A stretch of DNA of 62,319 nt, counting the filler, from Hausera hauseri (taxonomy: Eukaryota), in assembly GCA_046269625.1 (NCBI GenBank). It is 9 parts of 9 records of this genome, joined end to end, with 100 filler letters (N's around TTAATTAATTAA, not from the genome) between each part and the next. Parts side by side here need not be neighbours in the genome. Positions count along the whole stretch, not along the records: positions 47,106 to 51,655 come from JBJURY010531565.1; positions 51,756 to 57,209 come from JBJURY010251625.1; positions 57,310 to 62,319 come from JBJURY010362373.1; 6 more parts are not named here. The stretch is one strand, 5' to 3'. The notes beneath the pieces were generated by a model that saw only the letters and a list, made by a program, of their open reading frames with translations, did no database searches and was not told the origin of the DNA. A program made the position numbers and the translations under genes. How positions within the stretch are numbered: the first letter of the stretch is position 1; each line of letters begins with the position of its first letter. This document shows, one piece after another, positions 50,440-62,319 of the stretch.

Positions 50440-51655
50440 TTCAATGCCTGTACAGACTCATTTTTTGTTGGGCGCAATGTTCTGTTTAGGACAAACTGTC
50501 GATGCTGGTCATTTTTGCAAATCTTTAAAATCCTCCTTGACCATTTGTTGCAAAAATTCTGGGAGATTCATAACCTTTCTCGGGGGTAGGTTAGAACTCC
50601 CTACAAATGCGGGTAATTTCTTGATGCTATTCAACTCTGATTTGAATGAGAACGAATTGGAGATGAAGTTTAAACTCAACAGATGACCCAAAATATAAAA
50701 ATTCTGTATGGATCCTTAATGAAACTATAATACCGCCTTATTGTCAAATACTAATTAAAAAAAAACTTTTAGCAGCAGAAAATACAATAGTAAAATTTGA
50801 ACCAAAGAATTTTGAAAAAGGATATTTTCTTGTTACAATCTGTACAGTAGTTCTGAACGGTACTATTACGATTGTGGTTGCAAATTGTACAGCACGAATC
50901 AAAATTTTACACCCTAATACTAGAATAGGCGAATTTTATAATACGTTTGACCAAAACCTTACGGATTTCTTAGCTGCAACCACACATGCGGAGTTAAATG
51001 AGCATAAAATTTTCCAACAGTTAATAGTCAATATTAAACAAAGAGTTAATAATGAGCAATTAATAAAGGAATTTTCCGAAATACGAGCAGTCAATGATGT
51101 TGATATAGGATGTACAGATCTAGTAGAATTTCGTTCAAATTTAATAACTGATGAAAAAACTGGCAACGAAATAGATCTAAATAGACAACCTATGCCAAGA
51201 TGGTGTCCACCACTTCAATAAGTCTTTGAGAGACTAAGAGATGCCAAATTAAAGTTGAATCCATTAAAATGCGATTGGTACCAAACTTCAGTAACGTATT
51301 TAGGTTTTAAAATATCAGCCGAAGGTATTGAAACTAGTTCTCATATAATTGTTAAAGTATTAGAATTTCCAGCCCCAACTAATAAAAAGGAATTACAATG
51401 TTGGTTAGGACTTATTGGATTTTATAGCATTTTCGTAGAAAATTTCTCCCAAATTAATGGTGTACTATATAAATTATTGCGATATGATACAAAATATATT
51501 TGGGAAGAGAAGCATCAAAATGTGTTTGATATTGTGAAAAAGAAATGGTTTCCGCACCAATTCTACTATATCCAGATTTTGAATTACCATTCATTTTGAA
51601 AACCGATGCAAGCTTAAATGGTTTAAGTTATATTTTGGCACAACAGTACCCTAAT
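50440..51655 (+). mobile_element. pol: Gypsy pol fragment (relative of the contig-1 element) with the RT core deleted
   Basis: DIGCTDLVEF...EIDLNRQPMPRW resembles DIGRVK...EINLEDQKIPKW at about 10120-10220; it jumps directly to VFERLRDAKLKLNPLKC..YLGF, WLGLIGFY, KTDAS. Confidence 0.85.
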
Positions 51656-52089
51656 NNNNNNNNNNNNNNNNNNNNNNNNNNNNNNNNNNNNNNNNNNNNT
51701 TAATTAATTAANNNNNNNNNNNNNNNNNNNNNNNNNNNNNNNNNNNNNNNNNNNNGAACATTGTTCCCCAACTTTCACAGACGCTGATAGACCTGCGGAC
51801 TCAAGCCAGAATTCCATCACAACCACTGAAGAGTACGAAGCTCAAGGTGTCCTGATTAATGGACGATGGAGCGCAAGCATCAGAGAAAGACAAGGAGACT
51901 GAAAAGACAGTAACTTTCATGGAAACTCTGGATCGGCTGTATTATACTGCTGCCTACCAACGTCAGGACTTCGGTGCAGGGAGACGTTAAAGATACATGA
52001 AAGTACCACAGCCAGTTTCCTGCAGTACAAATATAAAAGAGGCTGATGATGCTAATGATGATGACGATGATGATGAGTGGGTTTGTGCT

Positions 52090-53120
52090 CCCCAACAGTA
52101 GGACAGGAATATGGTTCCAATACTAACTCTTGTTCTGGAAGCAGACTGATACGGAGTGCCAAACAGAGTTGCTATGGCCATCAACAGAGCTGCATTGGTG
52201 GTCTATGGCGTTATAAGACTAGAAGACCAGATCAATGTTGTCGATCATCACAAAGTATGGAGAACCCGACAACAGTTGAAAAGGAACATCAGATTAAATT
52301 TTATCAATGCTGAGGAAGAAATTACAGCAATATTTTTGATGGACAAAAAGATATGACGCTGGTGAGAGAGAAAAATGGAGGCAAGTAGTATGGTTTTAAA
52401 AAAACTGAAGACCACTATGTAATTGTTGGTGAGCCTGGAACTTTCTACTTGCGTCATCTAACATTAAAGCGAGGTACAGGTGCTGCTATTGATGATGGCA
52501 TTCAACCTGCAATTGAAGACATTGTAATTACAGGTAAGGCCATGGCTGTTGAGGCTGACAGCACAACTGTGAACATCGGGTACCGTGATGGAGCAATACA
52601 TTTGTTAGAGCTTCACATTGGCCATCCTTTGAATTGGTTCATTTTCTCCTGACACCTGAACAAGCCTCCATTCCGCCATCTTTGCAAAACGCTCATTGGA
52701 CCAACTGAAGGATCCACACTGTATAAAGGACCAATTGATAATGCATTAGTAACTTGTGCATAATTGCCAGTTCCTCCAACAGGATTTCAATGCATCAAAG
52801 ACGATGATTCTCTTCCAGAAATTGATCTCTGTGAACTTAGTAACGATCAAGCCTACCTGTACAAAATGATCACGGCTATTCGAAATGGAAGTATCAGTGA
52901 TGATTTATTACCGGAAAAGCCTGGACCAATTTCGATGGCCAGGTGGCTCACAACTGCTATGAGAATATTGACTGCATGTGGCAATAGAAGAACCATGCAA
53001 CGAACTGTATGACAATTCTGACAATTCATTGTCTGAAACTACGAACCATCATAGTTCAGCATCAAGTGTCGCTAAAGGCCACTGATAAGCGAAAGCACTT
53101 TGATCAAATTAAGCAACAGA
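52090..53120 (+). mobile_element. DNA transposon transposase, N-terminal/core part (Sola2-like), decayed
   Basis: AIFFDGQKD.T, EDHYVIVGEPG..YL.H, DSTTVNIG...GAIHLLE..IGHPLNW....HLN.PPFRHL, LSNDQAYLY, PGPISMARWLTTA.RIL; the superfamily name comes from motif memory and is less certain than the transposase call. Confidence 0.7.
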
Positions 53121-53399
53121 GTCTGTTTGTTACTGTATTATTGGTGATGATAACTAATTACTCAAATGCTTCGTTAATTTACAATAACATACAAATGTTT
53201 TTGACTAATCTGAAGGGGAAGTCCGAGGGCGGTTCGGTATACTAAAGATACCTGCGCCTTTAATTATAAAAGGTAGTGTGGCTTGGTGGTCGTGCAAAAC
53301 CTTCGATATATATTTATGATCCCACATTTCCATATGCAACAATCTCTGGGCAACGTGTAATACAGACTACAATTTCCACTTAAGGTAACTTAAAGCGTT

Positions 53400-55220
53400 A
53401 ATTTTCTTGGGAACGCCTGTCTTTATTCTTTCAGTTGAGTATGCGATAATTTTCAATATAAAATATGGTATATGTATTTCGATTTTAACCAAGAATACAC
53501 ATTTAACATTTCCCATAATGTAATTATTTCCAAATAACGTATGGTATAATCTCCAATTCGTACCGAGGGTATATGTTTGTGAAGGTATCTGTAAATTTGG
53601 ACATTGCAAATCCATTTTTCTTGGAGCTATATAACGACATTACATTTACAATATGTTCGACGTCATCCTTACAATATGTTCGACATCATCCCGGCATTCA
53701 CTATCGAAAACAATTTTCAACATAGTTACACTCTAATTCTTTGTAATCGATCGGAGCCTCCAAACCAACACAAGATGCATTTCTCATTCCAATTCATGAG
53801 TCAGCAAGAATAACTCATTCCCTCAATGCACAAATTCTATAACCCTTCCAGACCGACACGTAGCACATTTCCAGTGCAAATTCAACGCACATGCATGCAA
53901 GTTTAACCATTAAATCTATTTAAAATTTTATATAAATTATACATTATTGACAATATTTGTCTTCATCCGTTCTTATATCGAAAGTGCACAAATTATTTAT
54001 CTTGTTATATATTAACATGTATGTTTATAAATTACTCATTTCGCTTCTCGTTCAATTTAATATCACACTATTCAGCGTTGGTGCGATCCACTATTTTCGA
54101 TAAAGACAAATGGAACTGTTGTGCCTCCTATCATGCCTCTTTATCAGAGGATATCTTTTAGTCCTGGGATTTAACACTGGGTCGTATAATTCACGTGTTC
54201 TTTTATATATCTTTCATACACCAAATCATTCGCATCACTCAATTGTTCTGGCATCCTATATTATTATGCTGCCGATTTCTTTCTAATTCCGACCATCATT
54301 TATTTCCTCTTCTGAAGTCACATACATACCCCTATACCTTATTCAACGCAAGGATCGTCAGATGTTTCAACATACTCAGGGATATGATAAAAATACGATA
54401 ATGTATTTATATCATTATTTTATTATAAATAGGTGATATTTACGTAATCCTCACTTCTGAGATAATATAAAGATCAATCACAAAACAAAACACTAAATTA
54501 TAATTGAACTATTCGGGGATTATGGCCACTGTCATACGATTATTAACAAATTTTTTATTCGTCTTGTTTCAATATAACTTACAATATCACCAAATTAAAG
54601 TATGATCCTTGTGATTAAATCATCATCATTGATCTCATGCGAACCGACTGGGTGAGTTCGAAGTCGCCCTGATATTGAGGAATTCATCTAATACATCTGT
54701 GCCAATCCATGAATCCGTACGACCCGACTTCGAAGCATCACTGTAAACAAAGCTACCTTCCGTCAGATTTCACGTGAGACGAACACATCTTTTCTTTTCA
54801 CACAGAAACAAATCATTCATTGGTTTTTTATCGATAAGTTTTATTATAAAACAAAAAATATTTTACAATAACGATGAGGGGTAACTAATTAACAAACCAT
54901 TATTAAAAGAGTCATAATGTAAATCTAATCAAATGAACCTTTACCAGCTATGTCTCCGATTGCATTAACATTTGATATCGAATCATTATCTGGGTGAATG
55001 TTATTATTTCCATTGGCTTCCAAATCCGATGTTCTGTCTTGTCCCTGAGCTAACGTTCGTCTACTCATTCCGGAATCCATTTAAAACTGTTGATCTACGA
55101 TGGTCATAAACATACAACAATTATATGTATTACTCACCAAAAGAGTACCTGGTTATAAAAGCTTTGTATTTAAAAATTTTTTGTGTGTGTTGTGTTTCGT
55201 TGTTCCGCTTTATATACCCA
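53400..55220 (-). pseudogene. Decayed intron-containing gene of unknown function inside the insertion that splits the transposase
   Basis: Minus strand GGGTATATAAAG TATA box at about 55209-55220, a gtgagt...cag 5'UTR intron, ATG at 55080 (MDSGMSRRTLAQGQDRTSDLEANG), then exon-like blocks with stops. Confidence 0.3.
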
Positions 55221-55784
55221 CTGCAAAACGCTATTATGTCGTATGATTCTATTTTTGAAATCGCATGGTTCAATTTTTAAATTTAGAAATTACAACACTA
55301 TGTCGTTTCGTTCTATTTTTGATAATGTTCGTTTGGAATTTTTCAATTGTATTTTTTAAACCAAATTGCATATTTCTAATTGCATTTTTTAAATAAAACT
55401 GCATTTGCTTTTTCAAAATGTTGAATCTTAAATTCATTTTTATAATCAATTCTTCATTCGATTACTCATTTGTTCGATCACCCGTCATTTGACTAACAAT
55501 ATTTTCCACTCGTTCCGATTACTCGTTCCAATTATTCATTTGACTCTTAAATTCATCTCAACTCTGATTTTATCAATCAAACCCCTCATTTGGTTAACAA
55601 CGTGTGTACATTTTTCAGGAATAAAACAATAGAACACCCATCAGAGGGGTTAACAAAACAAAACAAGAAGCAAAGACAAAATATAATTTATTCGATATTG
55701 TCAAAACATTTGTCAGAACATTGTTATTTAATGTCGAATTTGTCGAATTTTCAATGTCGAGGAATCTGTCGAGGAATCTCAACG

Positions 55785-56295
55785 TTGTTAAGAAATCTCA
55801 ACATGTTACCATCGGCCTCCAGAAATGTAACGAAGTGCATACTGAGCTCACCAGGAAAATGTTCTTTTGTCAATGCTTGGAGATTACGATGAAGTCAATA
55901 GGATGACCGCAGTGGACATAATCAAGACCATTCCCCAAATAGCTGTTAGATTCCAACGGCAAGTCAGAAAATTTTGTCCTCCCAAAGTAATTGCAATTGC
56001 GCAAACATTTCAAGGCTTACTGCCACTAGTGAAAGAACTCATCCTTGAATCACCTCTCACAAAGAACCTCTCTGATCAAGAACTTCAGCAGTTTCTCATG
56101 CAGCCCTTCATCAGTCTGATACCATGTCGCTCTCAGGGAGTCAAACGCTGTGTCAGAACATTGAGTAAGGCATCAAAATCAATCTACGGATTGAATGCAA
56201 AGAATGGCTACTTTCCAGCACTCATCAAGTCCAGAGACTTCATGTCATCATTTCAGACGAAGCGAGATTTTGTTTTACCGCACGACTACAAATAA
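55785..56295 (+). mobile_element. C-terminal part of the same Sola2-like transposase family
   Basis: RSAY*AHQENVLLSMLGD, VRKFCPPKV, ESPLT, IPCRSQGVKRCVRTLSKAS, SRDFMSSFQTKRDF. Confidence 0.75.
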
Positions 56296-57309
56296 AATCT
56301 GATACGTGAAATGTTTCGTTTTTATTGTCTCACAGTAAGTCTTACGGGAACTGATATACTATACGTAGAGAATTTCTGTTAAAGGGGAATATTTTCACTA
56401 AAAAGCCCGATTTTTCAAATATTTGGCACAGAAAAAATGAGATATTCCATTAACTGTGGACTTTTTTTATTATACATTTTTAACTGAGCATAGCTAGTTA
56501 TACAAAACCCAAAATGTGTCAAATGATCTGTTACAATTCATTGTATGACGCTATATCCTATTATGTACCGTCTTCCTTGAATCCATCTTAGCGTTTTCTG
56601 CCGTCTTCATCTAGGAATCATCGAATAATGGTGTCCCTTTAAATTTGGCTAATATCGAGTAAGTCAAAATAAGAAATGACTTCAGACAGGAATTATTCGA
56701 TGTCGTCTCCTATGGAATAAATTTTCGGATGAGGAAATAATTTTAGCAATTCGCTTGGATTTAGCATTGACGCCAACTTAGGATTATAATAACAAGAACC
56801 CGATTGAAAATATTTTATTTCTCCTTAGTAATAATACAAGATATAGGCCCATGTCTGGAGAGTTGTTGTGCGTCAATTACGAGGCAATATTACTCAATAA
56901 CTCAAATTAATCTTATCAGTCCTAAAGATTTATTACTCAATAAAATTAAGCAATAAATATTACACAACATACTTTCTTGAAACATTTCCAAACATACGAC
57001 ATACATACATGCAATTTTCTCATCAACTATTTACATCTTATTATTGTTATTTTTATAGTAAATCCACTAAAATTTGAGACTTTATTTTTTTTGATAAAAA
57101 TTATAATTCCGTTGCTATGAAGTAATAGCATAAAATTTACATTAGAGACAAATATTTTTTAACTTAACGTTTATATATCGCTTAAAGCATGACAAATGCA
57201 CATAGGGCANNNNNNNNNNNNNNNNNNNNNNNNNNNNNNNNNNNNNNNNNNNNTTAATTAATTAANNNNNNNNNNNNNNNNNNNNNNNNNNNNNNNNNNN
57301 NNNNNNNNN

Positions 57310-60050
57310 TATCGCTTTCTCTTTATTATTTCGAATAATTTACGATCCGTATTAGATTCCTCATTAACTCATTTAATTCTTCATTATCTGTACTGAAAGT
57401 GGGAATTGACATTTGTCTCAATTTTTTAATGAGCTCCCCGTTATAATTGAAATCTTCTCGGATTTTTCTAGGTCTTCCTACTGGTCGTCTCTGTTTCGGC
57501 ATAGTTGCCGATGTAATGCTTAATGGTACTGAGTTTTTATTGTATTGTTCCTTGTCTTCGTTTGTTTGCAAATACTCGAAATACATTGCTGCGTCTTGAA
57601 CTTCCATGATTGGTCCTACACATTGTTCTGTCTTTGCTTTACGCGTGGCTTCTTTAGTCTGTTCGTTGGTGACCGTTACCAATAATCTGTTTATTTCGTC
57701 GGGTATAATCCCAATATCTATTAACTGTTCTAAATCGTCTAGTATTCTACCTCTAAAATAGAATTTATAATTTAACTCGTTTGATCCACCGTTATACCTT
57801 AACCATTCCTTTACGCTCCTTACTTAGGAATAAGTGGTCAACTCGCATTCTTTTTCGTCCATCCACTCGGACGATATTTTTATTTTCATTGTTGTTTCCG
57901 GTTTAGCCCTTAAGATTTTAGCATACTTCTTTATTAAAAGTTTCGGCGTCGTACTGTAAATTGTGTTCTCACTAGATAATTTAGTTAAAGTCGGAATAAG
58001 TGTCTTAACTTATTTTCAGTGATGATCACGTTAAGTAACTCAATTAAATCTTTTTCGGTTAGTGCTGAATCCAGTAGCATCTGCACATTGAACTTCTTGT
58101 TCTGCGGGTACGCTTCTATTTCATTTAGGTGCACTGAAGTTATAGGATTTTCGGCCGTTACCGCCTCTAAATACGCATCCCATTCCAGTTCGTTCCCAAT
58201 ATCTTGGAGTCCATAGTCTACTGAGGCTGTGTTCGTTCTGTGAACATTTTTTTGAATTTCTTTCAATCTTCTTTGTATTTCTTTCATCTGCGTGGTTCGG
58301 AAACCCATTCCGTTTCCACAGGCATACTAAATCATTTTCAGTAGTTCGCCTAATTCATTCGGATTGATAAATCCCTTCTGTTGATATTCAGTCAATTCAA
58401 AAATTACATATCTTTGCCATCTTTGTACAAATTCTCGCTTATTTTTTATTTATGATTCCGTAAAAGCGTATTTATTCCGGTAGCTTTCGAACTCTTTTAC
58501 TAGTTCATCTAACCTCGTTGCTCTTTGTTTCGTTCTGATGCACGTTTCTTCAACTTGTTGTAATTGGGGCATCATTTGCCTTCTCTTCTCATCATTAATT
58601 TCTGCCATTTCTACTAATAAGTAGACTAACTCGTACATCTTATTTATGATTTTTCAATCGAGATATATTGCATCGAGCAATTTCTTTACAAACTTAACTT
58701 CTTCGGAATTGATATATTGCTTGTTTCTTAATTTGGTTAGTTCGGTATGACAATTTTGATCGGTTCCGGACATCTACTTTTGAGGTCCATGCACAAATTT
58801 TATTGCTTCCACTAAAGCTGCTGTATGTTCCAGACAAATATCTAGGGTTTCGATATCTTGAATTAAAATCTCGTAGATAGGTCTATACGTTAAAAATGTT
58901 GGATTCCTTCTATTCGGATACTCCTTAATTTTGGATAAAAATTGCAAGTCATATCTGGCTTTTCTGTAAAGTTTGTTTCTTCGATCATTTTGTAAATCTC
59001 TTCAAATATCATCGATTCTTGCTCCTTCTTTGAAAAAATTTAGTCATATTAATGCTTCGATCTGTGTTTGGATGTCTATTTCTGCTTGTATGGTATCTAA
59101 ATTACGCACACTTTCTTCTAATTGCTTTTTTTACAAATGATTCACTTTCTGAGAATTCTTTCTTACGTTCTTCTACAAGTTTAATTAATTTCTTTATTAA
59201 TTCGGACCATTCTGACAATTGATTAGCAATTATTGGCTTTGCCAATATAGCCTTGTCCAGCATTTTATATGCAACCTTTAATTTGTCATCTGAACCTTTT
59301 ATGAAGTGCATAATCTGACTAATGTAGCTAAACTCATCCTTATATTCGTCTGTGCTTTCGCAACTTTTACATCAACACTATCTTGGTTTTTACTCCACCC
59401 TTCTGAGAATTCAACTCCATTTTTAATCCATGATTCTAATTCCTGGTTCCATTTCTTCAACGTGTCTCGTGATATCTCTTCAGTATGTCTTGATTCGATT
59501 GTTTCATCAAGTTTCCTTTCACTACATAACTTTAAACTTTATATAACTTTTCCGCAAATTGTTGTTCTTTACCACATATATCTACTTGTTTGCTGATCTG
59601 TTTAAGCCTTTCTAAATTGTGTTGGAGTACCTCCGGATTGTGACATCTAATTCTTATTTTCTTAACTCGTCGGCATTCTTCAACGAACGTCGGAATTTCC
59701 ACTTTCTCGGATTAGAGTGCTTACTATCTTCCGTTTCTTCCTCACTAGTGGGAAGCGGACAAATTTCATTAATTTCCTCATTAGCGTTTATTATTTCTGG
59801 TGTTTCCAACGTTTCCAAAGTCTTCTTTGGCGTACTGAAAGTGTCTAAGGGTGAGCCGTTTCTCAGGATAACAGTTTCTTCCAAGCTCTTTTTAACGGGA
59901 GACCGGGAACGAGCCTTTAATTTCTTCTTAGGCGATGGGTTTCTACCCTTATTCTTCGTTATTTTGAGAACTAAGGGCCCAATAAATTCACTTTCGACTT
60001 CATCCGTCGTTTTTTCTGGGTTGTACTTTCCGAATTCTGCGTATATATAT
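57310..60050 (-). pseudogene. Long helical, charged extension downstream of the gag zinc knuckle, with an AT-hook (RRPVGRPRK); no protease seen before the contig ends
   Basis: Continuous same-strand ORF fragments 59654-59884, 59102-59311, 58450-58638, 57985-58308, 57326-57682. Confidence 0.55.
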
Positions 60051-61447
60051 ATATACGTGCTCTGATGCCGCTGGTTTCTCCAACTGGGCTATTCCTTGGG
60101 GAATAGACTTTTTACCTGCCGTATTAGCATTGTTTGGTGCCAGTGCATATTTTTCTTCAGTTTGTGGTTCTCTTAGTCCGTAATGGACTTCCATTAGCCG
60201 TAATTGATCTTCATATTCTTTTCTAGCCTTTATGACTCGATGATTAAAAGTTTCACCTAGATTCCTTACTGATCTGCGTATATCTTGCATTTTAGTTATC
60301 AAGCTTATGTCACCTCGCTTACCATAGGCAGCTTCTATGTTATTTCTAATCATACTTGTTTTGTTCGGTTCCGTAAATGCAACACTTCTAGGATTCGGAT
60401 ATGACATGGCGATATGTCCCTCTTTGCCACATGTAAAACAAATTAAGTTCCCATTTTGGCCAATTCTTTGTCGGCCGTCTTCGTTCACAGGTGATTTCGA
60501 TGTGTTTATATTCTTATTTTGGTTCTGTGATATTTGTCTTTTATCTCCGTCGTATCTGTTATCGTTATTCCGATTATCTATGTATTTATTGTTGAGTCGG
60601 TAACCACCTTGGTTCCTGTCCGGATTGCAACCCGGTTTATTATACGAGCTGTATACATTCCAATTACTACTAAAATTTCTGTTGTAATGTTTTTGATTTA
60701 TTCTGTAAACATTTTGATTCCTGTTGTCAAAACCTCGGTTTCGGTTATTGTCATTAAACCGTCTATTGTCTTGGTTATCGTTTCTATTTCGGTTATTGCG
60801 ATCATTATTCTTTTCGTATTTGTCACCTTGTTTGGCATATCTCTCCAATACCATCTCTAAGTCTTGGGCCAACTGCAACGTTTTCTCGAAATTGTCTGGT
60901 CTGGCCAGAATCAACTATTTAACTAGATCTCTCGACCATATACCATTTATTAATTGAGTTGTCATCATTACATCCAGATCTGGCGGGCTTGCCTTTTCTG
61001 CAAGTTCGCGCTCGGCATCCATCTTTGCCTTTGCTACATTAGCTATTCTCAGGGTGCTTACATAACTATTAGCGAGTTTCTTCAGAGCAAACAAAAACTG
61101 TGATACCGATTCACCTTTTTGTTGCACTCTATTCTGGAAAGCCATACGTTTCTGTTGCAGCGTTACTGTCGGCAATAACTTACGGTTTACTGCTCCTATC
61201 AGGGAGGACCAAGATTTTTTTCATCGTTGGTGAGTTTGCTATAGGCATCGGCGGCTAGATTCTTTAAATATAATGATAAGCGTTTTATTGCTACTTAAGG
61301 GGTAAGACTAGCACCTTCTGCATGCAACTTATTAGTCCTCAAAAAATCGTTCAATCCGTCCGGATCACCATCGTATGCCGGCAAATTTAAAGAATCAAAT
61401 GTAAAAATATCGAGCTTCTGAGCTACGGCTGGATTACCTGCTGCCAT
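60000..61447 (-). pseudogene. gag: Gypsy gag (capsid-like region, Asn/Arg-rich linker, CCHC knuckle with the last Cys mutated to Tyr)
   Basis: ATG at 61447 (MAAGNP), LPAYDGDP..L.DFL, RVQQKGESVSQF...LKKLA, CFTCGKEGHIAMSYP. Confidence 0.88.
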
Positions 61448-61767
61448 ATTTATTTTATTCTTATAAAATTTATCCTTAAGCTGAAGAGGTTTAAACTTAC
61501 CATTTGGTTCGATGTTAACTATTTTAGCTCTAGTTTCAGAATTTGCTCGTTTATTTAATTCTCTATATATAACTCTACATGTCTGACGAATAGGTGATTT
61601 GTCTTTACCGTTTAATTGGTTGTCAGTATTTATCCTGAATTATCCTTTTAAATTTAAGTTCAATAACATTCCAAATTTTGAATTTTTCACAATTACTCGG
61701 TGTAGGTGGCGCTAATCGCCGGTATGTCGTTACTTGACTCTGAATAGTACCTAGCTAGGCACAAACT

Positions 61768-61785
61768 GTCCTGTTAGGGTTGCCA
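61768..61785 (-). promoter_or_regulatory. Primer-binding site TGGCAACCCTAACAGGAC (tRNA-Arg-like)
   Basis: Begins with TGG two nt after the LTR end (ATAACA-AT-TGG); 15 of 18 positions match the remembered tRNA-Arg PBS TGGCGACCGTGACAGGAC. Confidence 0.7.
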
Positions 61786-61787
61786 AT

Positions 61788-62314
61788 TGTTATATATTAG
61801 GGTGGCCGTTACCACTCCCCTCTATATATAACGTAGATTACACTTGAATTTTTAATAGCTATATGCAGATTCGGTTTAACGTTTTCGTTAAACAAATGTG
61901 CCCGATATGTAGATATTTCGTGAATGCAATGAGGTGTATGCCGTATCCTATGCACCGTTAATCAATTCTGGTACCTATATTAATTACCGTAAATTTAGAA
62001 ACTTAGGGTTACTCAAATCAGCTTTAAGAGCCGATTGAAACTATAAAGATTTTAGAAAATAAAATACACAAATATATTAATACCACACGTGATCACCACA
62101 GCAATTTTCGAGTAATGTTCCAAACAATCTTCGGATTTATCAGCACTGTTCCGTTGAGTTGAACTCGCGAATCGACGCTACAGTCGACGATTAACTGTCC
62201 ATTCTCTCCTTTCAATTCAGTATATATACTCTCCTGGTTTATAAATTAAATATTTCTATAAGTCCTTTAATTATTCTTAAGCTTTATCTTGCAATTTTTT
62301 CTATTTTGGTAACA
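61788..62314 (-). repeat. 5' LTR (about 527 bp; outer boundary tentative)
   Basis: tgttat at 61788 next to the PBS; gtaaca at 62309-62314; shares ttacacttgaa and a 29/36 matching block with the LTR at 3844. Confidence 0.7.
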
Positions 62315-62319
62315 ACTCC

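Larger units (their letters stand above)
57310..62314 (-). mobile_element. Ty3/Gypsy LTR retrotransposon, 5' portion (5' LTR, PBS, gag, long extension), truncated at the contig end
   Basis: LTR, PBS and gag lie in the correct order and orientation. Confidence 0.88.

Noticed and set aside
56600-56800. Possible short gag N-terminus on the minus strand (PKIYSIGDDIE*FLSEV..YFDLL) after a TGGCG PBS-like motif
   Set aside because: Too short and degraded, with no confirmed LTR
59306-60957. Plus-strand ORFs opposite gag and its extension (similar cases at 4682-5248 and 7043-7409)
   Set aside because: Antisense shadows of minus-strand coding sequence

Overview
AT-rich eukaryotic (most likely animal) genomic DNA made of nine separate contigs joined by artificial 100-nt linkers (N44-TTAATTAATTAA-N44), so adjacency across linkers means nothing. 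Most of the window is repeats. Contents: (1) two tiny acidic ORFs and an intact 4-exon gene for a secreted SOUL/heme-binding-family protein, followed by the 3' half of a Ty3/Gypsy LTR retrotransposon (pol, about 3 kb of extra ORFs, PPT, 714-bp LTR); (2) three decayed copies of a CsRN1-like Gypsy family with a doubled CHCC Gag knuckle and a -1 frameshift signal, one copy preceded by about 2.4 kb of extra coding sequence that ends in a ubiquitin-like domain next to Gag; (3) a 5.5-kb satellite of about 67-bp monomers; (4) mariner, RTE-LINE and Sola2-like transposon relics; (5) an 18-kb degenerate (TTCG)n array whose long ORFs are artefacts; (6) the 5' half (LTR, tRNA-Arg-like PBS, gag, long non-pol extension with an AT-hook) of a Gypsy element whose LTR is related to the one in contig 1. 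The two best candidates for something new are a Gypsy lineage carrying an apparently spliced 3' gene with a catalytically dead REX4/ISG20-like (DEDDh) exonuclease fold where env would sit, and a CsRN1-like element with a large N-terminal ORF joined to Gag through a ubiquitin-like (RLRGG-like) module. All protein-family calls were made by eye against remembered family motifs; no searches were run.
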